From Bacteroidales bacterium (lineage in GTDB: Bacteria > Bacteroidota > Bacteroidia > Bacteroidales > VadinHA17): a stretch of DNA of 64,000 bases. Position 1 is the stretch's first letter, and each line of letters opens with the position of its first letter. The notes under the pieces are model-generated. The model was not told the origin of the DNA, did no database searches, and saw only the letters and a list, made by a program, of their open reading frames with translations. The translations under genes and the position numbers were made by a program. The DNA is taken from contig JBBQZN010000001.1 of NCBI GenBank assembly GCA_038207725.1, positions 3,862-67,861 on the forward strand, written 5' to 3'. Below, piece after piece: positions 1 to 10,472 of the stretch.

Positions 1-435
1 GCCTCAAAAATCAGGGAGAAAGTTGATAAAACAAACCTTCTTCAATATATTGCCCCCCAGGATCTAAGGGCATTTGGTCTTATCCCTGAAATTATAGGAC
101 GACTTCCTGTTCTTACTCACCTCAATCCTCTTGACAGGGATGCACTCCGCGCAATTCTTACCGAACCGAAAAATGCACTCGTAAAGCAATATATAAAACT
201 CTTTTCAATGGATAACATTGAGCTGACATTTGGCGAAGGAGTACTCGAATACATTGTTGATAAGGCTATTGAATTCAAACTTGGCGCCCGTGGCCTGAGA
301 TCAATTTGTGAAGCCATTATGCTTGATGCCATGTTCGAGTTGCCATCAGAAGACACAAAAGAGTTTCAAATAACAATTGACTACGCCAGTCATAAAATGG
401 AACGTATAAACCTTAAAGTTCTAAAAGCATCTTAA
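1..435 (+). CDS. clpX: ClpX ATP-dependent protease ATPase subunit, C-terminal part (5' end outside window)
   Basis: Frame 1 is open from base 1 to TAA at 433-435. Translation includes [34 protein letters not shown] and [10 protein letters not shown], typical of the ClpX C-terminal region. Confidence 0.9.
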   Translation, partial: ASKIREKVDKTNLLQYIAPQDLRAFGLIPEIIGRLPVLTHLNPLDRDALRAILTEPKNALVKQYIKLFSMDNIELTFGEGVLEYIVDKAIEFKLGARGLRSICEAIMLDAMFELPSEDTKEFQITIDYASHKMERINLKVLKAS

Positions 436-480
436 GGCAGGGAAATGTCCTGGCATGTATATTCAAAATAATAAAAACAG

Positions 481-507
481 AAAAGGGACATGAAGCATGT
501 CCCTTTT
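481..507. terminator. Bidirectional intrinsic terminator between convergent clpX and a lipoprotein gene
   Basis: Perfect 8-bp stem GGGACATG (485-492) / CATGTCCC (496-503) with a 3-nt loop. It has an A-run on the left and a T-run on the right. Confidence 0.55.
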
Positions 508-530
508 CTATTTTCATCATTATTAATCAT

Positions 531-1397
531 TTACAAACCCATTACACGGTGTTTGTGTTTCAGTAAAATCTCCTTCGATTCCCCTCCTCTTGTAACAACA
601 GCTTTGGCATCACATTCACCGGTACCGTAATTCATCTCAACAGGCAGTGCGTCATTTCTTTCCAGTTTAACAACGCCAGCCACTATAAACTGACATACCC
701 TTTTCCACTGTAGTGCCGTGACAATAGTATTCGTATATATAACCCCGTTAATGTTCTTCCCTGCTGCAGATCCTGTTATAAGACACTCATCGTCCCAGAT
801 ATTCCTGGTAAGGAGCCCGGCAGTCCACTCACGCTGATGTGTAAATGACCTTTCGATAAATTTGTTGTTTGGAAGTGTCAGTTTGCCACCTGTAAGTGTT
901 GCAGAGAAAACCAGGTTCCGATTATTGTTGTATCCCATGTTCTCAAATACTTTAGTACCCTCAACTTTAATATCGTTAAAATAATAATCCTGAAATGTAA
1001 CAGTCCTTTTCGAACCTGCAACAAGACGCGGACCAGTCACATTAATAAGGATCTTCCCTTTTCTTACATTATTATTCATCCCTTCACACCCCGTGCCATA
1101 GTCGACAGTCACAATCTTTGGCCACTGATTAGCAGTCGGACGGGTAATAATAATAACCGGGCATGAATCAGCAATAATGATTTCAGCTTCTGAATCAGTT
1201 CCTTTTCCAATCATCTGATCGAGGATTATTGTAGCATTATCTGCTGTATTGAAAACATCCTCAAATACCGCATCACTTACAGCCTCATCATCAGCAAGAT
1301 CTACAGTTGTCTGTTCAAGTAAGGCCTCATCTTTCATGCAAGAGTTGAAAGTGAATAACGCAAGAGCTGCTATCGTCAGAAATAATTTTGTTTTCAT
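531..1397 (-). CDS. Hypothetical lipoprotein (288 aa)
   Basis: Long ORF with signal peptide MKTKLFLTIAALALFTFNSC (lipobox Cys). I recognise no family. Confidence 0.6.
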   Translation of the reverse strand: MKTKLFLTIAALALFTFNSCMKDEALLEQTTVDLADDEAVSDAVFEDVFNTADNATIILDQMIGKGTDSEAEIIIADSCPVIIITRPTANQWPKIVTVDYGTGCEGMNNNVRKGKILINVTGPRLVAGSKRTVTFQDYYFNDIKVEGTKVFENMGYNNNRNLVFSATLTGGKLTLPNNKFIERSFTHQREWTAGLLTRNIWDDECLITGSAAGKNINGVIYTNTIVTALQWKRVCQFIVAGVVKLERNDALPVEMNYGTGECDAKAVVTRGGESKEILLKHKHRVMGL

Positions 1398-1480
1398 AGT
1401 TCCCTTTTTAAATTAATTGTTTCGATTAACAGACTTTTAGATGATTGTTAAATAAAAAGGTTTAATCAAGAAACAAAAAA

Positions 1481-1966
1481 TTATTTTCTGCCGTAAATAA
1501 TATTGGTATAAGATATACCCTCAGGGCCAGATGTCAGTGTCTCCTCCTTCTCAATTACCTTCCAGATCTTAAGGTCGATCTCTGGAAAATAAATATCAGC
1601 TTCAGCAATCTGATGTACATGCGTAATGTAAAGACGATCGGCAAATTGCATAAATTGCCGGTAAACAGAGCCTCCTCCAATAATGAAGGTCTCGCCGTCG
1701 TCTCTGCACTTCTCAATTGCATCCGCTATTGAATATGCAGTCACAGATCCTTCAATAATTTCAGTGGGCTTATCGGTTATTACAATATTTTTACGGTTAG
1801 GAAGTGGTCTCCGGGGCAATGATTCCCATGTTTTCTTACCCATAATCACACTCTTTCCAGAGGTAAGTCTTTTAAACCTTTTAAGATCTTCAGGCAGATG
1901 CCAAAGGAGATCATTGTTTTTACCAATTCCCCAGTTCTCCGATACTGCTACAATAATTGAAATCAT
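1481..1966 (-). CDS. folA: Dihydrofolate reductase
   Basis: MISIIVAVSENWGIGKNNDLLWHLPEDLKRFKRLTSGK...IIGGGSVY is a classic DHFR pattern. I chose the ATG at 1966; the ORF-track start at 2041 would overlap thyA. Confidence 0.9.
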   Translation of the reverse strand: MISIIVAVSENWGIGKNNDLLWHLPEDLKRFKRLTSGKSVIMGKKTWESLPRRPLPNRKNIVITDKPTEIIEGSVTAYSIADAIEKCRDDGETFIIGGGSVYRQFMQFADRLYITHVHQIAEADIYFPEIDLKIWKVIEKEETLTSGPEGISYTNIIYGRK

Positions 1967-1976
1967 AATCTGCTTT

Positions 1977-2771
1977 TTATACTGAAATCTCTCCCTTGAT
2001 ACCGGGATGCGAAATATAATCAGTGAGTGAAAAATCCTCAAATCTGAAACCGGTGATATCAGTTAGCTCTCTGTTAATTGTCAGAACAGGCAATTTGTAA
2101 GGCTCACGTGCTAACTGAAGTTTCACCTGTTCTATATGATTAAGGTATATATGGGCATCTCCCAGAGTATGAATAAATTCGCCAGGCTTCAGTCCTGCAA
2201 CCTTTGCAACCATAAGAGTAAGAAGTGCATAGGAGGCAATATTAAAGGGAACACCCAGAAATATATCTGCACTGCGCTGGTACAACTGACATGATAGTCT
2301 GCCGCCCGCAACATAAAACTGAAATAATATGTGACATGGAGGTAAAGCCATTTTGTCAAGCTCTCCCACATTCCAGGAACAGACAATATGCCTTCGGGAA
2401 TCAGGTGATTTCTTTATTGAATCAATAACATTGAGAAGCTGATCAACTTTTTTGCCTCCATCGGCAGGCCACGATCTCCACTGATATCCGTAAACAGGCC
2501 CCAGGTTACCGTCTTTATCTGCCCATTCGTTCCAGATTCTTACACCATTATCAGTCAGGTATTTAATATTTGTATCACCTGATATAAACCAGAGAAGTTC
2601 GTGAATTATCGATTTCAGGTGCAGCTTTTTTGTAGTTAGCACCGGAAAGCCGTCGTCGAGATTGAACCTCATCTGATACCCGAAAACACTTATAGTTCCT
2701 GTTCCTGTCCTGTCGGTTTTCTCAATTCCGGTTCTGATTACATGATCAAGAAGATCAATATATTGCTTCAT
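1977..2771 (-). CDS. thyA: Thymidylate synthase (ThyA type)
   Basis: 264 aa with [20 protein letters not shown] and DAHIY motifs. Confidence 0.95.
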   Translation of the reverse strand: MKQYIDLLDHVIRTGIEKTDRTGTGTISVFGYQMRFNLDDGFPVLTTKKLHLKSIIHELLWFISGDTNIKYLTDNGVRIWNEWADKDGNLGPVYGYQWRSWPADGGKKVDQLLNVIDSIKKSPDSRRHIVCSWNVGELDKMALPPCHILFQFYVAGGRLSCQLYQRSADIFLGVPFNIASYALLTLMVAKVAGLKPGEFIHTLGDAHIYLNHIEQVKLQLAREPYKLPVLTINRELTDITGFRFEDFSLTDYISHPGIKGEISV

Positions 2772-3364
2772 TTTTTCTTCGTCTTTCTCTTCTCAATCTC
2801 ATCCCTTATAGCAGCGGCCTTTTCGTAGTTTTCAGTTTTTACTGCTTCATCAATCATCTTGAAAAGTTCCTCGTCGGAAGTTGACTCATATTTAGCCCTT
2901 TCAGGTTCAAATATATTATCAATATCATTTGCTGTTGAAAGATCCCCGTCTTCCGGGTTAACTGTTATCCCGGCCTTTTCAAGAATCTCCTCTGTAATAT
3001 AAATCTGACATTCAAATCGCAAAGCCAGGGCAACAGCATCAGATGTACGGCTGTCGATTGTATACTCTTTATTCCCGTTTGAACATAACAGTTGTGAGAA
3101 AAAAACACCCTCTTCCAGTTTATAAATCATAACTTCCTGCACTACTATATCAAATTCGTCGGCGAATCTCTTAAAGAGGTCATGGGTAAGCGGACGGGGC
3201 GGAGAAAGATTTTCAAGCTTAATTACAATAGCCTGAGCTTCAAAGCCACCGATTATAATCGGGATTCTTCTGTCGCCATTCTCTTCAACCAGAATCAGCG
3301 CATAAGCACCCGTTTGTGTCTGGCTGTATGAAATCCCCATCACTTTAAGCTTAACTCTCTTCAT
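2768..3364 (-). CDS. Bifunctional nuclease family protein (DUF151-like) with C-terminal UVR motif
   Basis: The N-terminus has the [22 protein letters not shown] pattern. The C-terminus has [19 protein letters not shown] (UvrB/C-like). A 4-nt ATGA overlap links it to thyA. Confidence 0.75.
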   Translation of the reverse strand: MKRVKLKVMGISYSQTQTGAYALILVEENGDRRIPIIIGGFEAQAIVIKLENLSPPRPLTHDLFKRFADEFDIVVQEVMIYKLEEGVFFSQLLCSNGNKEYTIDSRTSDAVALALRFECQIYITEEILEKAGITVNPEDGDLSTANDIDNIFEPERAKYESTSDEELFKMIDEAVKTENYEKAAAIRDEIEKRKTKKK

Positions 3365-3412
3365 ATTAATTGTTTAAGCATCAGAAGAATGAACATATTA
3401 TAATCCTTTCGA

Positions 3413-3420
3413 CAAATATA
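3413..3420 (-). promoter_or_regulatory. Candidate Bacteroidota -7 box (TATATTTG on minus strand) for the nuclease-thyA-folA operon
   Basis: Plus-strand CAAATATA equals TAnnTTTG on the minus strand. It lies 49 nt upstream of the ATG at 3364. Confidence 0.35.
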
Positions 3421-3579
3421 AAGATATTACAGCCATGACATAAATATCGCCTCCTCTTTTTATTAACACAGAATCAAAATATAAGGTTGTAAATGGAATT
3501 ATCTGTCTTATTGATTGCGCTTGTATTTCTTCCGGCTGCTCCGGATTTGAGTGATTAGTAAAAATTTTCATCGCAAAGG

Positions 3580-3609
3580 TTTGTAAATAATCTTATTTGT
3601 ATATCTTTG
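3580..3609 (+). promoter_or_regulatory. Candidate promoter of rplU-rpmA (-33 TTTG / -7 TATCTTTG)
   Basis: TTTG at 3580-3583 and TATCTTTG at 3602-3609, 18 nt apart, about 95 nt upstream of the rplU ATG. Confidence 0.4.
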
Positions 3610-3649
3610 CAGTCCGAAAATGAATAAATCCGAAGGGGCTTATTGAAGT

Positions 3650-3671
3650 TATATAATCACAGGATTATATA
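3650..3671 (+). promoter_or_regulatory. Hairpin in the rplU 5' leader
   Basis: Perfect 9-bp stem TATATAATC / GATTATATA with loop ACAG, 33 nt upstream of the rplU ATG. Confidence 0.3.
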
Positions 3672-3703
3672 CGCCTCACGGAGTAACGAAAAACAGAAAA
3701 AAA

Positions 3704-4231
3704 ATGTACGCAATCGTTGAAATTGCTGGTCAGCAGTTTAAAGTAGAGGAAGGCAAAAAGATTTTTGTCCATCGCCTCGAAGTAGAAGAAGGAAAGCAGA
3801 TTGAATTTGATCAGGTTCTTTTAATTGAAGATGAAGGTAAAATCACTATCGGAGAACCTACAATAAAAGACGCTGTTGTTGAAGGCAAGATACTTGATCA
3901 CATGAGAGGTGACAAGGTTATTGTTTTTAAAAAGAAAAGGAAAAAGGGTTACAGGGTTAAAAACGGTCACCGTCAGAACTTCACCCAGGTAGAGATTGTC
4001 AGCATTAACGGCAAATCAACACCAAAGAAAGCTGCTCCTAAAAAAGAGGAAGCAAAAGTAGCTGAAACTGTTGCAACAGAGCCGGTAGCTGAAAAGAAAA
4101 CTGCAAAAAAACCTGCAGCAAAAAAAGAAGCTCCAGCTGAAACTAAGAAAGCTGCAGCTAAAAAGCCTGCTGAGAAGAAACCGGCAGCAAAGAAGCCGGC
4201 AGCAAAGAAACCAGCCAAAGGCAAAGAATAA
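3704..4231 (+). CDS. rplU: 50S ribosomal protein L21 with a ~70-aa Lys/Ala/Pro-rich C-terminal extension
   Basis: MYAIVEIAGQQFKVEEGKKIFVHRL... is the L21 core. A tail of AKKPAAKK-type repeats follows from about codon 104. Confidence 0.9.
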   Translation: MYAIVEIAGQQFKVEEGKKIFVHRLEVEEGKQIEFDQVLLIEDEGKITIGEPTIKDAVVEGKILDHMRGDKVIVFKKKRKKGYRVKNGHRQNFTQVEIVSINGKSTPKKAAPKKEEAKVAETVATEPVAEKKTAKKPAAKKEAPAETKKAAAKKPAEKKPAAKKPAAKKPAKGKE

Positions 4232-4267
4232 GAAATTAAAACTACAAGTATTTAAAAGTATAAAATT

Positions 4268-4528
4268 ATGGCACACAAGAAAGGAGCAGGTAGCTCACGT
4301 AACGGCCGCGACTCAGAAAGTAAACGCCTTGGTGTTAAACTCTACGGAGGTCAGGTAGCCAAAGCTGGCAACATCATCGTGCGTCAGAGAGGAACTAAAC
4401 ATAATCCCGGCCTGAATGTAGGACTTGGAAAAGACCATACTCTCTTTGCACTTACCGACGGTGAAATAGAGTTTAAAAGAAAAAGAGATAATAAATCATA
4501 TGTATCGGTTAAGCCGATAACTGAATAG
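4268..4528 (+). CDS. rpmA: 50S ribosomal protein L27
   Basis: [39 protein letters not shown] is canonical L27. Confidence 0.95.
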   Translation: MAHKKGAGSSRNGRDSESKRLGVKLYGGQVAKAGNIIVRQRGTKHNPGLNVGLGKDHTLFALTDGEIEFKRKRDNKSYVSVKPITE

Positions 4529-4549
4529 TTTATTCGCTTAAAAAAGATT

Positions 4550-4597
4550 ACTCCCGAAATTCTTTCCTCAAACAGGAAAGCATTCTCGGGAGTTTTT
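4550..4597 (+). terminator. Intrinsic terminator after rpmA
   Basis: Long imperfect hairpin ACTCCCGA...TCTCGGGAGT containing the inner stem CTTTCCT/AGGAAAG, followed by TTTTT. Confidence 0.55.
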
Positions 4598-4609
4598 AAT
4601 ATTTTTACG

Positions 4610-4631
4610 GCAGGCTTTAAGCCTGCTTTTT
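4610..4631 (+). terminator. Second hairpin plus T-tract (tandem terminator) upstream of serS
   Basis: GCAGGC-TTTAA-GCCTGC followed by TTTTT. Confidence 0.45.
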
Positions 4632-4649
4632 ATTTATATACTTCAGATT

Positions 4650-5924
4650 ATGTTAACAATTAACCTCCTCCGTGAAAAGAAAGAATTCATCATTGAAAGG
4701 CTCAGGATAAAAAACTTTGCAGCAGATGAAATAATAAACAAAATCCTTGAACTCGATTCTTCACGCCGCGAAATTCAATCAAAAACCGATCATCTGCAGA
4801 GCGAAATGAACAGGATCTCAAAAGAGATCGGCTCAATGATGAAGGATGGTAAAAAAGCTGAAGCTGAAGCAGCCAAGGAAAATACCTACCGTCTGAAGGA
4901 AGAGATCAAAACGCTGTCCGACAAGCTTATACCTATCGATACTGAACTGAAAAATGAGATAATCAGGCTCCCTAATCTCCCTCATGAATCAGTCCCTCCC
5001 GGACATGGCGCCGACGATAACCTGAAAGTAAAAGAAGGCGGGAAAATACCGGTAACCTCAGACTCAGCACTCCCTCACTGGGACCTTATAAAAAAGTACG
5101 ATATTATTGACTTTGAACTTGGTATTAAACTCACAGGAGCAGGGTTCCCTGTTTATAAGGGAAAAGGCGCCAAACTGCAGAGAGCTCTTATCAGCTTCTT
5201 CCTCGATGAGGGCGAAAAAGCAGGGTACAGGGAGATTATGCCTCCTATTATGGTAAATGAAGACTCGGGATTTGGTACAGGACAACTTCCTGATAAAGAA
5301 GGACAGATGTACCATGCAACTCTCGATAACTTCTACATGATCCCAACAGCAGAGGTCCCGGTTACAAATATTTACAGAGATGTTATACTCAGCGCTGATG
5401 TTCTACCTGTAAAAAATATTGCCTATACCCCATGCTTCAGAAGAGAAGCCGGTTCATGGGGAGCTCATGTAAGAGGGCTAAACCGTCTTCACCAGTTCGA
5501 TAAAGTGGAGATAGTTCAGATTGCACATCCCGATAATTCCTATAAATCTCTTGAAGAGATGGTAAGTCATGTTGAGGGACTTGTTTCAAAACTTGAACTT
5601 CCTTACAGAATACTCAGGCTGTGCGGTGGCGATATGTCGTTTACATCAGCGCTTACCTACGATTTTGAAGTATGGTCGGCAGCTCAGAAAAGATGGCTCG
5701 AAGTGAGCTCTGTGTCAAACTTTGAATCTTTTCAGGCTAACAGGTTGAAATGCAGGTTTAAGGACAAAGGTGATAAACAAACCACGCTAGTTCATACACT
5801 TAACGGCAGCGCTCTTGCATTGCCAAGAATAGTTGCCGCTATCCTCGAGAACAACCAGACTGATGAAGGTATAAGAATACCAAAAGTTCTGATTCCTTAT
5901 ACCGGATTTGATCTGATAAATTAG
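4650..5924 (+). CDS. serS: Seryl-tRNA synthetase
   Basis: 424 aa with an N-terminal coiled-coil arm and class II motifs (FRRE.GS.G...RGL.R.HQF.KVE; TLNGSALA.PR). Confidence 0.95.
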   Translation: MLTINLLREKKEFIIERLRIKNFAADEIINKILELDSSRREIQSKTDHLQSEMNRISKEIGSMMKDGKKAEAEAAKENTYRLKEEIKTLSDKLIPIDTELKNEIIRLPNLPHESVPPGHGADDNLKVKEGGKIPVTSDSALPHWDLIKKYDIIDFELGIKLTGAGFPVYKGKGAKLQRALISFFLDEGEKAGYREIMPPIMVNEDSGFGTGQLPDKEGQMYHATLDNFYMIPTAEVPVTNIYRDVILSADVLPVKNIAYTPCFRREAGSWGAHVRGLNRLHQFDKVEIVQIAHPDNSYKSLEEMVSHVEGLVSKLELPYRILRLCGGDMSFTSALTYDFEVWSAAQKRWLEVSSVSNFESFQANRLKCRFKDKGDKQTTLVHTLNGSALALPRIVAAILENNQTDEGIRIPKVLIPYTGFDLIN

Positions 5925-5962
5925 TTATGCCCCTATGCCCCCTCCAGACAATTGATACTTAA

Positions 5963-6850
5963 GTGGATCGTACCAGACAATCATACATTTATGCCGGACT
6001 GGCGATCTTTTTCTGGTCTACGGTTCCTACTGCCTTTAAGATAAGTCTTGGTGAGCTGGATATTCTGACAATGCTTACAATAGCATCGCTGACATCAGCT
6101 GCAGTTCTTTTTATGGTAATTACAAGCACAGGAAAAACGAAACTGATACTGAACGGCACTAAAAAGGAAATCCTCAATTCAGCGATCCTTGGTTTCATTA
6201 ATCCATTCCTGTATTATATGATTCTGCTGAGAGCATACCAGCTTCTTCCTGCCCAGGTGGCTCAGCCTCTGAATATGGTCTGGCCTATAATACTCGTTTT
6301 TCTCTCAGTCCCCATGCTCGGACAGAAAATTGAAAAAAAGAGTTTTATTGCGTTGTTTATAAGTTTTGCCGGAGTATACATAATTTCATCACAGGGAAAA
6401 CCATTCTCCTCAGAACATGCTGATATAAAAGGAATTTTACTGGCTACTGGAAGTTCCATATTCTGGTCACTGTATTTTATTCTCAATGTGAAAGATAAAA
6501 GAGATGAAGCTGTAAAGCTTTTTCTTAATTTCTTCTTTGGATCATTATACCTTACTGCAGCAATGATTATTACAGGCAAATGGCAGATAAATATCGGAGC
6601 TAAAGGATTGGCAGCTGCAGTATATATTGGTTTATTCGAGATGGGTATTACATTCCTCTTCTGGCTTAAAGCACTTCAGCTGGCAAAAACAACCGATAAA
6701 GTAAGTAACCTGGTATATCTGGCCCCTTTTGTTTCTCTTGTTTTTGTATACTTTATTCTTCATGAACCCGTTTATTACACTACGCCGGCAGGCCTGCTAC
6801 TGATCATTTCGGGAATATTGATCCAGAACCGGAAATATGCCGGAAAATAA
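5963..6850 (+). CDS. EamA/DMT-family transporter
   Basis: About 10 predicted TM segments in two EamA-like halves. GTG start as given in the ORF track. Confidence 0.75.
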   Translation: MDRTRQSYIYAGLAIFFWSTVPTAFKISLGELDILTMLTIASLTSAAVLFMVITSTGKTKLILNGTKKEILNSAILGFINPFLYYMILLRAYQLLPAQVAQPLNMVWPIILVFLSVPMLGQKIEKKSFIALFISFAGVYIISSQGKPFSSEHADIKGILLATGSSIFWSLYFILNVKDKRDEAVKLFLNFFFGSLYLTAAMIITGKWQINIGAKGLAAAVYIGLFEMGITFLFWLKALQLAKTTDKVSNLVYLAPFVSLVFVYFILHEPVYYTTPAGLLLIISGILIQNRKYAGK

Positions 6851-6895
6851 ATAATTATCTTTACCGTTCTATTTGACGCTAATTTATCTGAAAAA

Positions 6896-8182
6896 ATGAG
6901 AAAGCTATTCATATTAAGTGTACTAATTACACTAATTTTTGGGTCTTGTAAAAAAGATCCTGTTCAGCCTGACCTTACTCCTGCTATGGGAAGGGATAGT
7001 CTTTACTATATAATGAACGACTGGTATTACTGGTACGATAAAATGCCTACCGTTCAAAAGGAAGATTATGCAGATCCTTTTAAGCTTATGGATGCCATGC
7101 GCTACAAGGTACTTGACAGATGGAGCTTTGTAGCAGATTATGATGAGTTTATGGCCGAAATGGCTGGTACCTTTGTCGGACATGGCTTCAGGGTAGGACT
7201 TGATTTTGCCGGCAATGCCAGAATAGCTCAGATTTATAATGCATCACCTCTTTATGGTGAAGGTGTAAGGAGAGGATGGATAATTAAAAAGATTAATAAC
7301 ACCCTTTTGGCTCCAATACTCATCGCAGGCGATGGTGCAGCCTACTCGGCACTTATAAAACCGGCAACAGCAGGAATCATAAATCTCTTTGAATTTCAGA
7401 AGCCTGACGGAAGTCTCGAAGTTTTCTCATCGACAAAATCGACCTTTACTTTAAACACAGTAATTCTTTCAGAAGTACTTCAGTTAAAAAACGGCCGGGC
7501 TGGCCACCTTGTATTTGACCAGTTCATAACACCTTCGGCTGGCGAACTGGCAACGGCCTTTGCACTGTTCAAGGAAAATAATGTAACTGATCTGATTCTT
7601 GACCTGAGATATAATTCAGGTGGCTATCTGAATATAGCTCAGACACTTGCAAGCTATATTGCAGGGGATGGCAAAGCCGGTCAGGTCTTTGCAAAGCTTT
7701 CATATAATAATAAACGACAGGCAGCAAACTCTACTTACCTGTTCAAAACGACAGCGTCCTCATTGTCTCTTTCCAGACTGGTAGTTATAACAACCCGATC
7801 TACTGCCTCGGCAAGTGAAGCGGTAATGAACAGCCTCAAACCATTTATGAGTGTTATAAGCATTGGTGATACCACAAATGGGAAACCGACGGGGATGAAC
7901 GGCTGGGAGATAGGCAAGAAATACTATATGTGGCCGGTAACATTCAAGATGGTTAATTCGCAGAATTCAGGTGATTACTTTGAAGGCATCTCCCCTGCTA
8001 AACTTGCTGGTGACGATATTGCACATGACTTCAACGATGTAAATGAAGCATGCCTGAAAGAGGCAATCTACTATCTTGAAAATGGTTCGTTCACAGCAAA
8101 AGGGTCAGCAGAATTTGTTAGGTATCCGCAGTTTTCAGATAAGCCTGCATGGATGCAGAAACCTATGGCTCTCGAAAAATAG
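6896..8182 (+). CDS. S41-family peptidase lipoprotein
   Basis: Signal peptide plus lipobox (LIFGSC). S41-like motifs [12 protein letters not shown] and TRSTASASE. Confidence 0.7.
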   Translation: MRKLFILSVLITLIFGSCKKDPVQPDLTPAMGRDSLYYIMNDWYYWYDKMPTVQKEDYADPFKLMDAMRYKVLDRWSFVADYDEFMAEMAGTFVGHGFRVGLDFAGNARIAQIYNASPLYGEGVRRGWIIKKINNTLLAPILIAGDGAAYSALIKPATAGIINLFEFQKPDGSLEVFSSTKSTFTLNTVILSEVLQLKNGRAGHLVFDQFITPSAGELATAFALFKENNVTDLILDLRYNSGGYLNIAQTLASYIAGDGKAGQVFAKLSYNNKRQAANSTYLFKTTASSLSLSRLVVITTRSTASASEAVMNSLKPFMSVISIGDTTNGKPTGMNGWEIGKKYYMWPVTFKMVNSQNSGDYFEGISPAKLAGDDIAHDFNDVNEACLKEAIYYLENGSFTAKGSAEFVRYPQFSDKPAWMQKPMALEK

Positions 8183-8183
8183 A

Positions 8184-8765
8184 ATGCCCGATAGCCCCGT
8201 CAGATTGAAAATAATTCCGAAAGAGAGGATAATTCTGGGGATAGACCCCGGAACCAGCATGACAGGATACGGTGTAATAAAAACTGCTGGCACTGTACCT
8301 GAACTTGTTGCCATAGGCGCTATCGACCTTTCAAAAATTGATGATCATTATGTCAAACTGAAACAGATCTTCGACAGGGTTTCAGAAATAATAGATGAAT
8401 ATCATCCTGATGAACTGGCAATTGAAGCCCCCTTCTTTGGAAAAAACGTTCAGTCGATGCTTAAACTGGGGCGCGCGCAGGGAGCTGCAATAGCTGCAGC
8501 GCTTAACCGGTCAGTTCCTATTTTTGAATATGCCCCCCGTAAAATCAAGATGTCAATCACCGGTCAGGGAGCAGCCTCCAAGGAACAGGTTGCCTCAATG
8601 CTTATGCGTATTCTGAAGTTCAACCTTACCGAGATTAAACTTGATGCAACAGACGGACTTGCTGCGGCATTATGTCATTTTTACCAGACAAATAAGCCAG
8701 TCCGAGATAAGTCGTACAACAGCTGGAAGGATTTCATGAATAAAAATCCCAAAAGGGTTAAATAA
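8184..8765 (+). CDS. ruvC: Holliday junction resolvase RuvC
   Basis: [30 protein letters not shown] and [10 protein letters not shown] motifs. I chose the ATG at 8184; the 8076 start overlaps the preceding gene. Confidence 0.9.
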   Translation: MPDSPVRLKIIPKERIILGIDPGTSMTGYGVIKTAGTVPELVAIGAIDLSKIDDHYVKLKQIFDRVSEIIDEYHPDELAIEAPFFGKNVQSMLKLGRAQGAAIAAALNRSVPIFEYAPRKIKMSITGQGAASKEQVASMLMRILKFNLTEIKLDATDGLAAALCHFYQTNKPVRDKSYNSWKDFMNKNPKRVK

Positions 8766-8770
8766 AAACT

Positions 8771-9472
8771 TCAGACAACAGCATAGGCTAGAGCAATAAC
8801 ACTGACCCGTACTCCCTCTGTTTTAAGAAGTTCATTTGTACATGATTCAATAGTAGATCCTGTTGTTATAACATCATCAACAAGGAGAATATGCTTTCCC
8901 TTAATCAGATCCTGATCAGTAACTGCAAAAATTCCCTCCACATTCGTCCATCTGTCATATCTTGAACGTTTTGTCTGTGTATCCGATACACTCACTCTTG
9001 CCAGTGACAGCAAATCGACAGGAACACCTGTTGACTCTGATAAACCGGCTGATATCAATTCGCTTTGATTGAATCCTCTTGTTCTTTTTTTTACAGGATG
9101 CAGTGGAACAGGTATTATTAAATCGATCTCGTCTGTGAATCCTGATTCTTTAAGTGATCTTCCGTATATTTTGCCCAATTCTATCCCCAGTTCCTGAATA
9201 CCATTATATTTAAGATTATGAATCAACCTTCGGATTCTGCTTCCCTTATTATAATATGAGAATGCAGCAGCTTTCTCAATACAACATCTGCCCCAGAAAA
9301 GCTGTGCTACAGGATTCTCCGGCTGAGTGTGGTATTCTGTTCTGGGTATACGGACATAACAATCGGTGCAAATCAGGCTCTCATTTCTCATGAGGTGATC
9401 GCCACAGCCATAGCAGAGCCTTGGAAAGAGAAGGCTTATAAAATCATCCCAAAAGTCATAGAAATAACTCAT
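8771..9472 (-). CDS. ComF-family phosphoribosyltransferase-domain protein
   Basis: N-terminal Cys pairs (CYGC...CTDC) and the C-terminal PRTase motif ILLVDDVITTGST. Confidence 0.8.
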   Translation of the reverse strand: MSYFYDFWDDFISLLFPRLCYGCGDHLMRNESLICTDCYVRIPRTEYHTQPENPVAQLFWGRCCIEKAAAFSYYNKGSRIRRLIHNLKYNGIQELGIELGKIYGRSLKESGFTDEIDLIIPVPLHPVKKRTRGFNQSELISAGLSESTGVPVDLLSLARVSVSDTQTKRSRYDRWTNVEGIFAVTDQDLIKGKHILLVDDVITTGSTIESCTNELLKTEGVRVSVIALAYAVV

Positions 9473-9520
9473 GCAGCGAGCAGAATTACAACTGTAAAAA
9501 TATAAAAAAATCGGGATATT

Positions 9521-9919
9521 TTATAACACCACTTTTGAACTGATTTTAGCAGCCATGTCCTTAAATTCTTCAGGTGAGAATTTAAGCTTGGGATTTTTGA
9601 AGTTTATATCCTCCATGGTGTCCATAGGCACCAGATGAATATGGGCGTGAGGAACCTCAAGTCCGAGTATTGCCACACCAATGCGGTTACATGGAAATAC
9701 TTCCCTTATAGCAGCAGCTACTTTCTTTGAGAAGACCATCATACCTGAAAGATATTGATCATCAAGATCAAAGATATAATCTGTCTCCAGTTTAGGAACA
9801 ATAAGGGTATGCCCTGCACGCAACGGGTTAATATCGAGAAATGCAAAATACTTATCATCTCCGGCAATTTTGTAGCAAGGAATTTCCCCTCTTATAATTT
9901 TTGTGAAAATTGTTGCCAT
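9521..9919 (-). CDS. HIT-family (histidine triad) protein
   Basis: IFTKIIRGEIP...AFLDINP...GHTLIVPK...VPHAHIHLVP (HxHxHxx triad). Confidence 0.85.
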   Translation of the reverse strand: MATIFTKIIRGEIPCYKIAGDDKYFAFLDINPLRAGHTLIVPKLETDYIFDLDDQYLSGMMVFSKKVAAAIREVFPCNRIGVAILGLEVPHAHIHLVPMDTMEDINFKNPKLKFSPEEFKDMAAKISSKVVL

Positions 9920-9937
9920 CGCTATTTAAAGATTGTA

Positions 9938-10411
9938 TCAGAGAGAAATGGAAATCACCTCAAACGGAATGATCCCGGAAGGTACTGTGATATTTACAAC
10001 ATCACCTACTTTTTTCCCGATAAGCCCCTGGGCTATTGGTGAACTTACAGCTATTTTACCTAGTTTGAAATTTGCTTCGCTCTCGGGAACAAGCTGATAT
10101 TCCATTATAGAGTTGTTGACTTTATTCCTGATCTTCACTCTGTTAAGTATCCTGATTGTTGAAGTATCAATTTTAGATTCATCAATAATCCTTGCTCTGG
10201 CCACAGTATCCTCAAGTTTTGAAATCTTCATCTCAAGCATACCCTGAGCCTCTTTGGCAGCAGCATATTCAGCATTCTCAGAAAGGTCACCTTTGTCCCT
10301 TGCCTCAGCAATCTGCCTCGAAATTGAAGGTCTCTCAATTTTTCTTAACTGGTCGAGATCGGCCTTAAGATTATGGAGTCCTTCCTCTGTCACATAAATA
10401 ACCTCTGACAT
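9938..10411 (-). CDS. greA: Transcription elongation factor GreA
   Basis: 157 aa with AR..GDLSENAEY.AAKE and C-terminal SPIAQGLIGKKVGD motifs. Confidence 0.95.
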   Translation of the reverse strand: MSEVIYVTEEGLHNLKADLDQLRKIERPSISRQIAEARDKGDLSENAEYAAAKEAQGMLEMKISKLEDTVARARIIDESKIDTSTIRILNRVKIRNKVNNSIMEYQLVPESEANFKLGKIAVSSPIAQGLIGKKVGDVVNITVPSGIIPFEVISISL

Positions 10412-10427
10412 TTTACCTCTCTTATTA

Positions 10428-10464
10428 TTAAAAAATAAGAAGAATTCCGGGGTTGCCGGAACTC
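10428..10464 (-). terminator. Terminator-like hairpin plus U-tract. It serves either the upstream Lys-rich gene or the greA leader.
   Basis: Minus strand reads GAGTTCCGG-CAACC-CCGGAATTC (9-bp stem, 1 mismatch) followed by TTCTTATTTTTT. It sits 17 nt upstream of the greA ATG. Confidence 0.45.
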
Positions 10465-10472
10465 TTCAAAAG

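Noticed and set aside
3973-4276. 83-aa and 86-aa ORFs antisense to the rplU tail
   Set aside because: They are mirror images of the AAR/GCN repeat encoding the Lys/Ala tail. Their low-complexity Phe/Ala/Cys/Leu translations overlap a high-confidence ribosomal gene entirely.
4550-4631. Possible T-box or riboswitch leader for serS
   Set aside because: The region is only ~120 nt and consists of two simple hairpin plus T-tract units. It has no specifier or antiterminator architecture, and T-boxes are not a Bacteroidota feature. I read it as tandem terminators of rplU-rpmA.
8076-8183. N-terminal 36-codon extension of ruvC given in the ORF track
   Set aside because: It overlaps the 3' end of the S41 peptidase gene in another frame and adds non-RuvC sequence. 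The ATG at 8184 sits right after the upstream stop.
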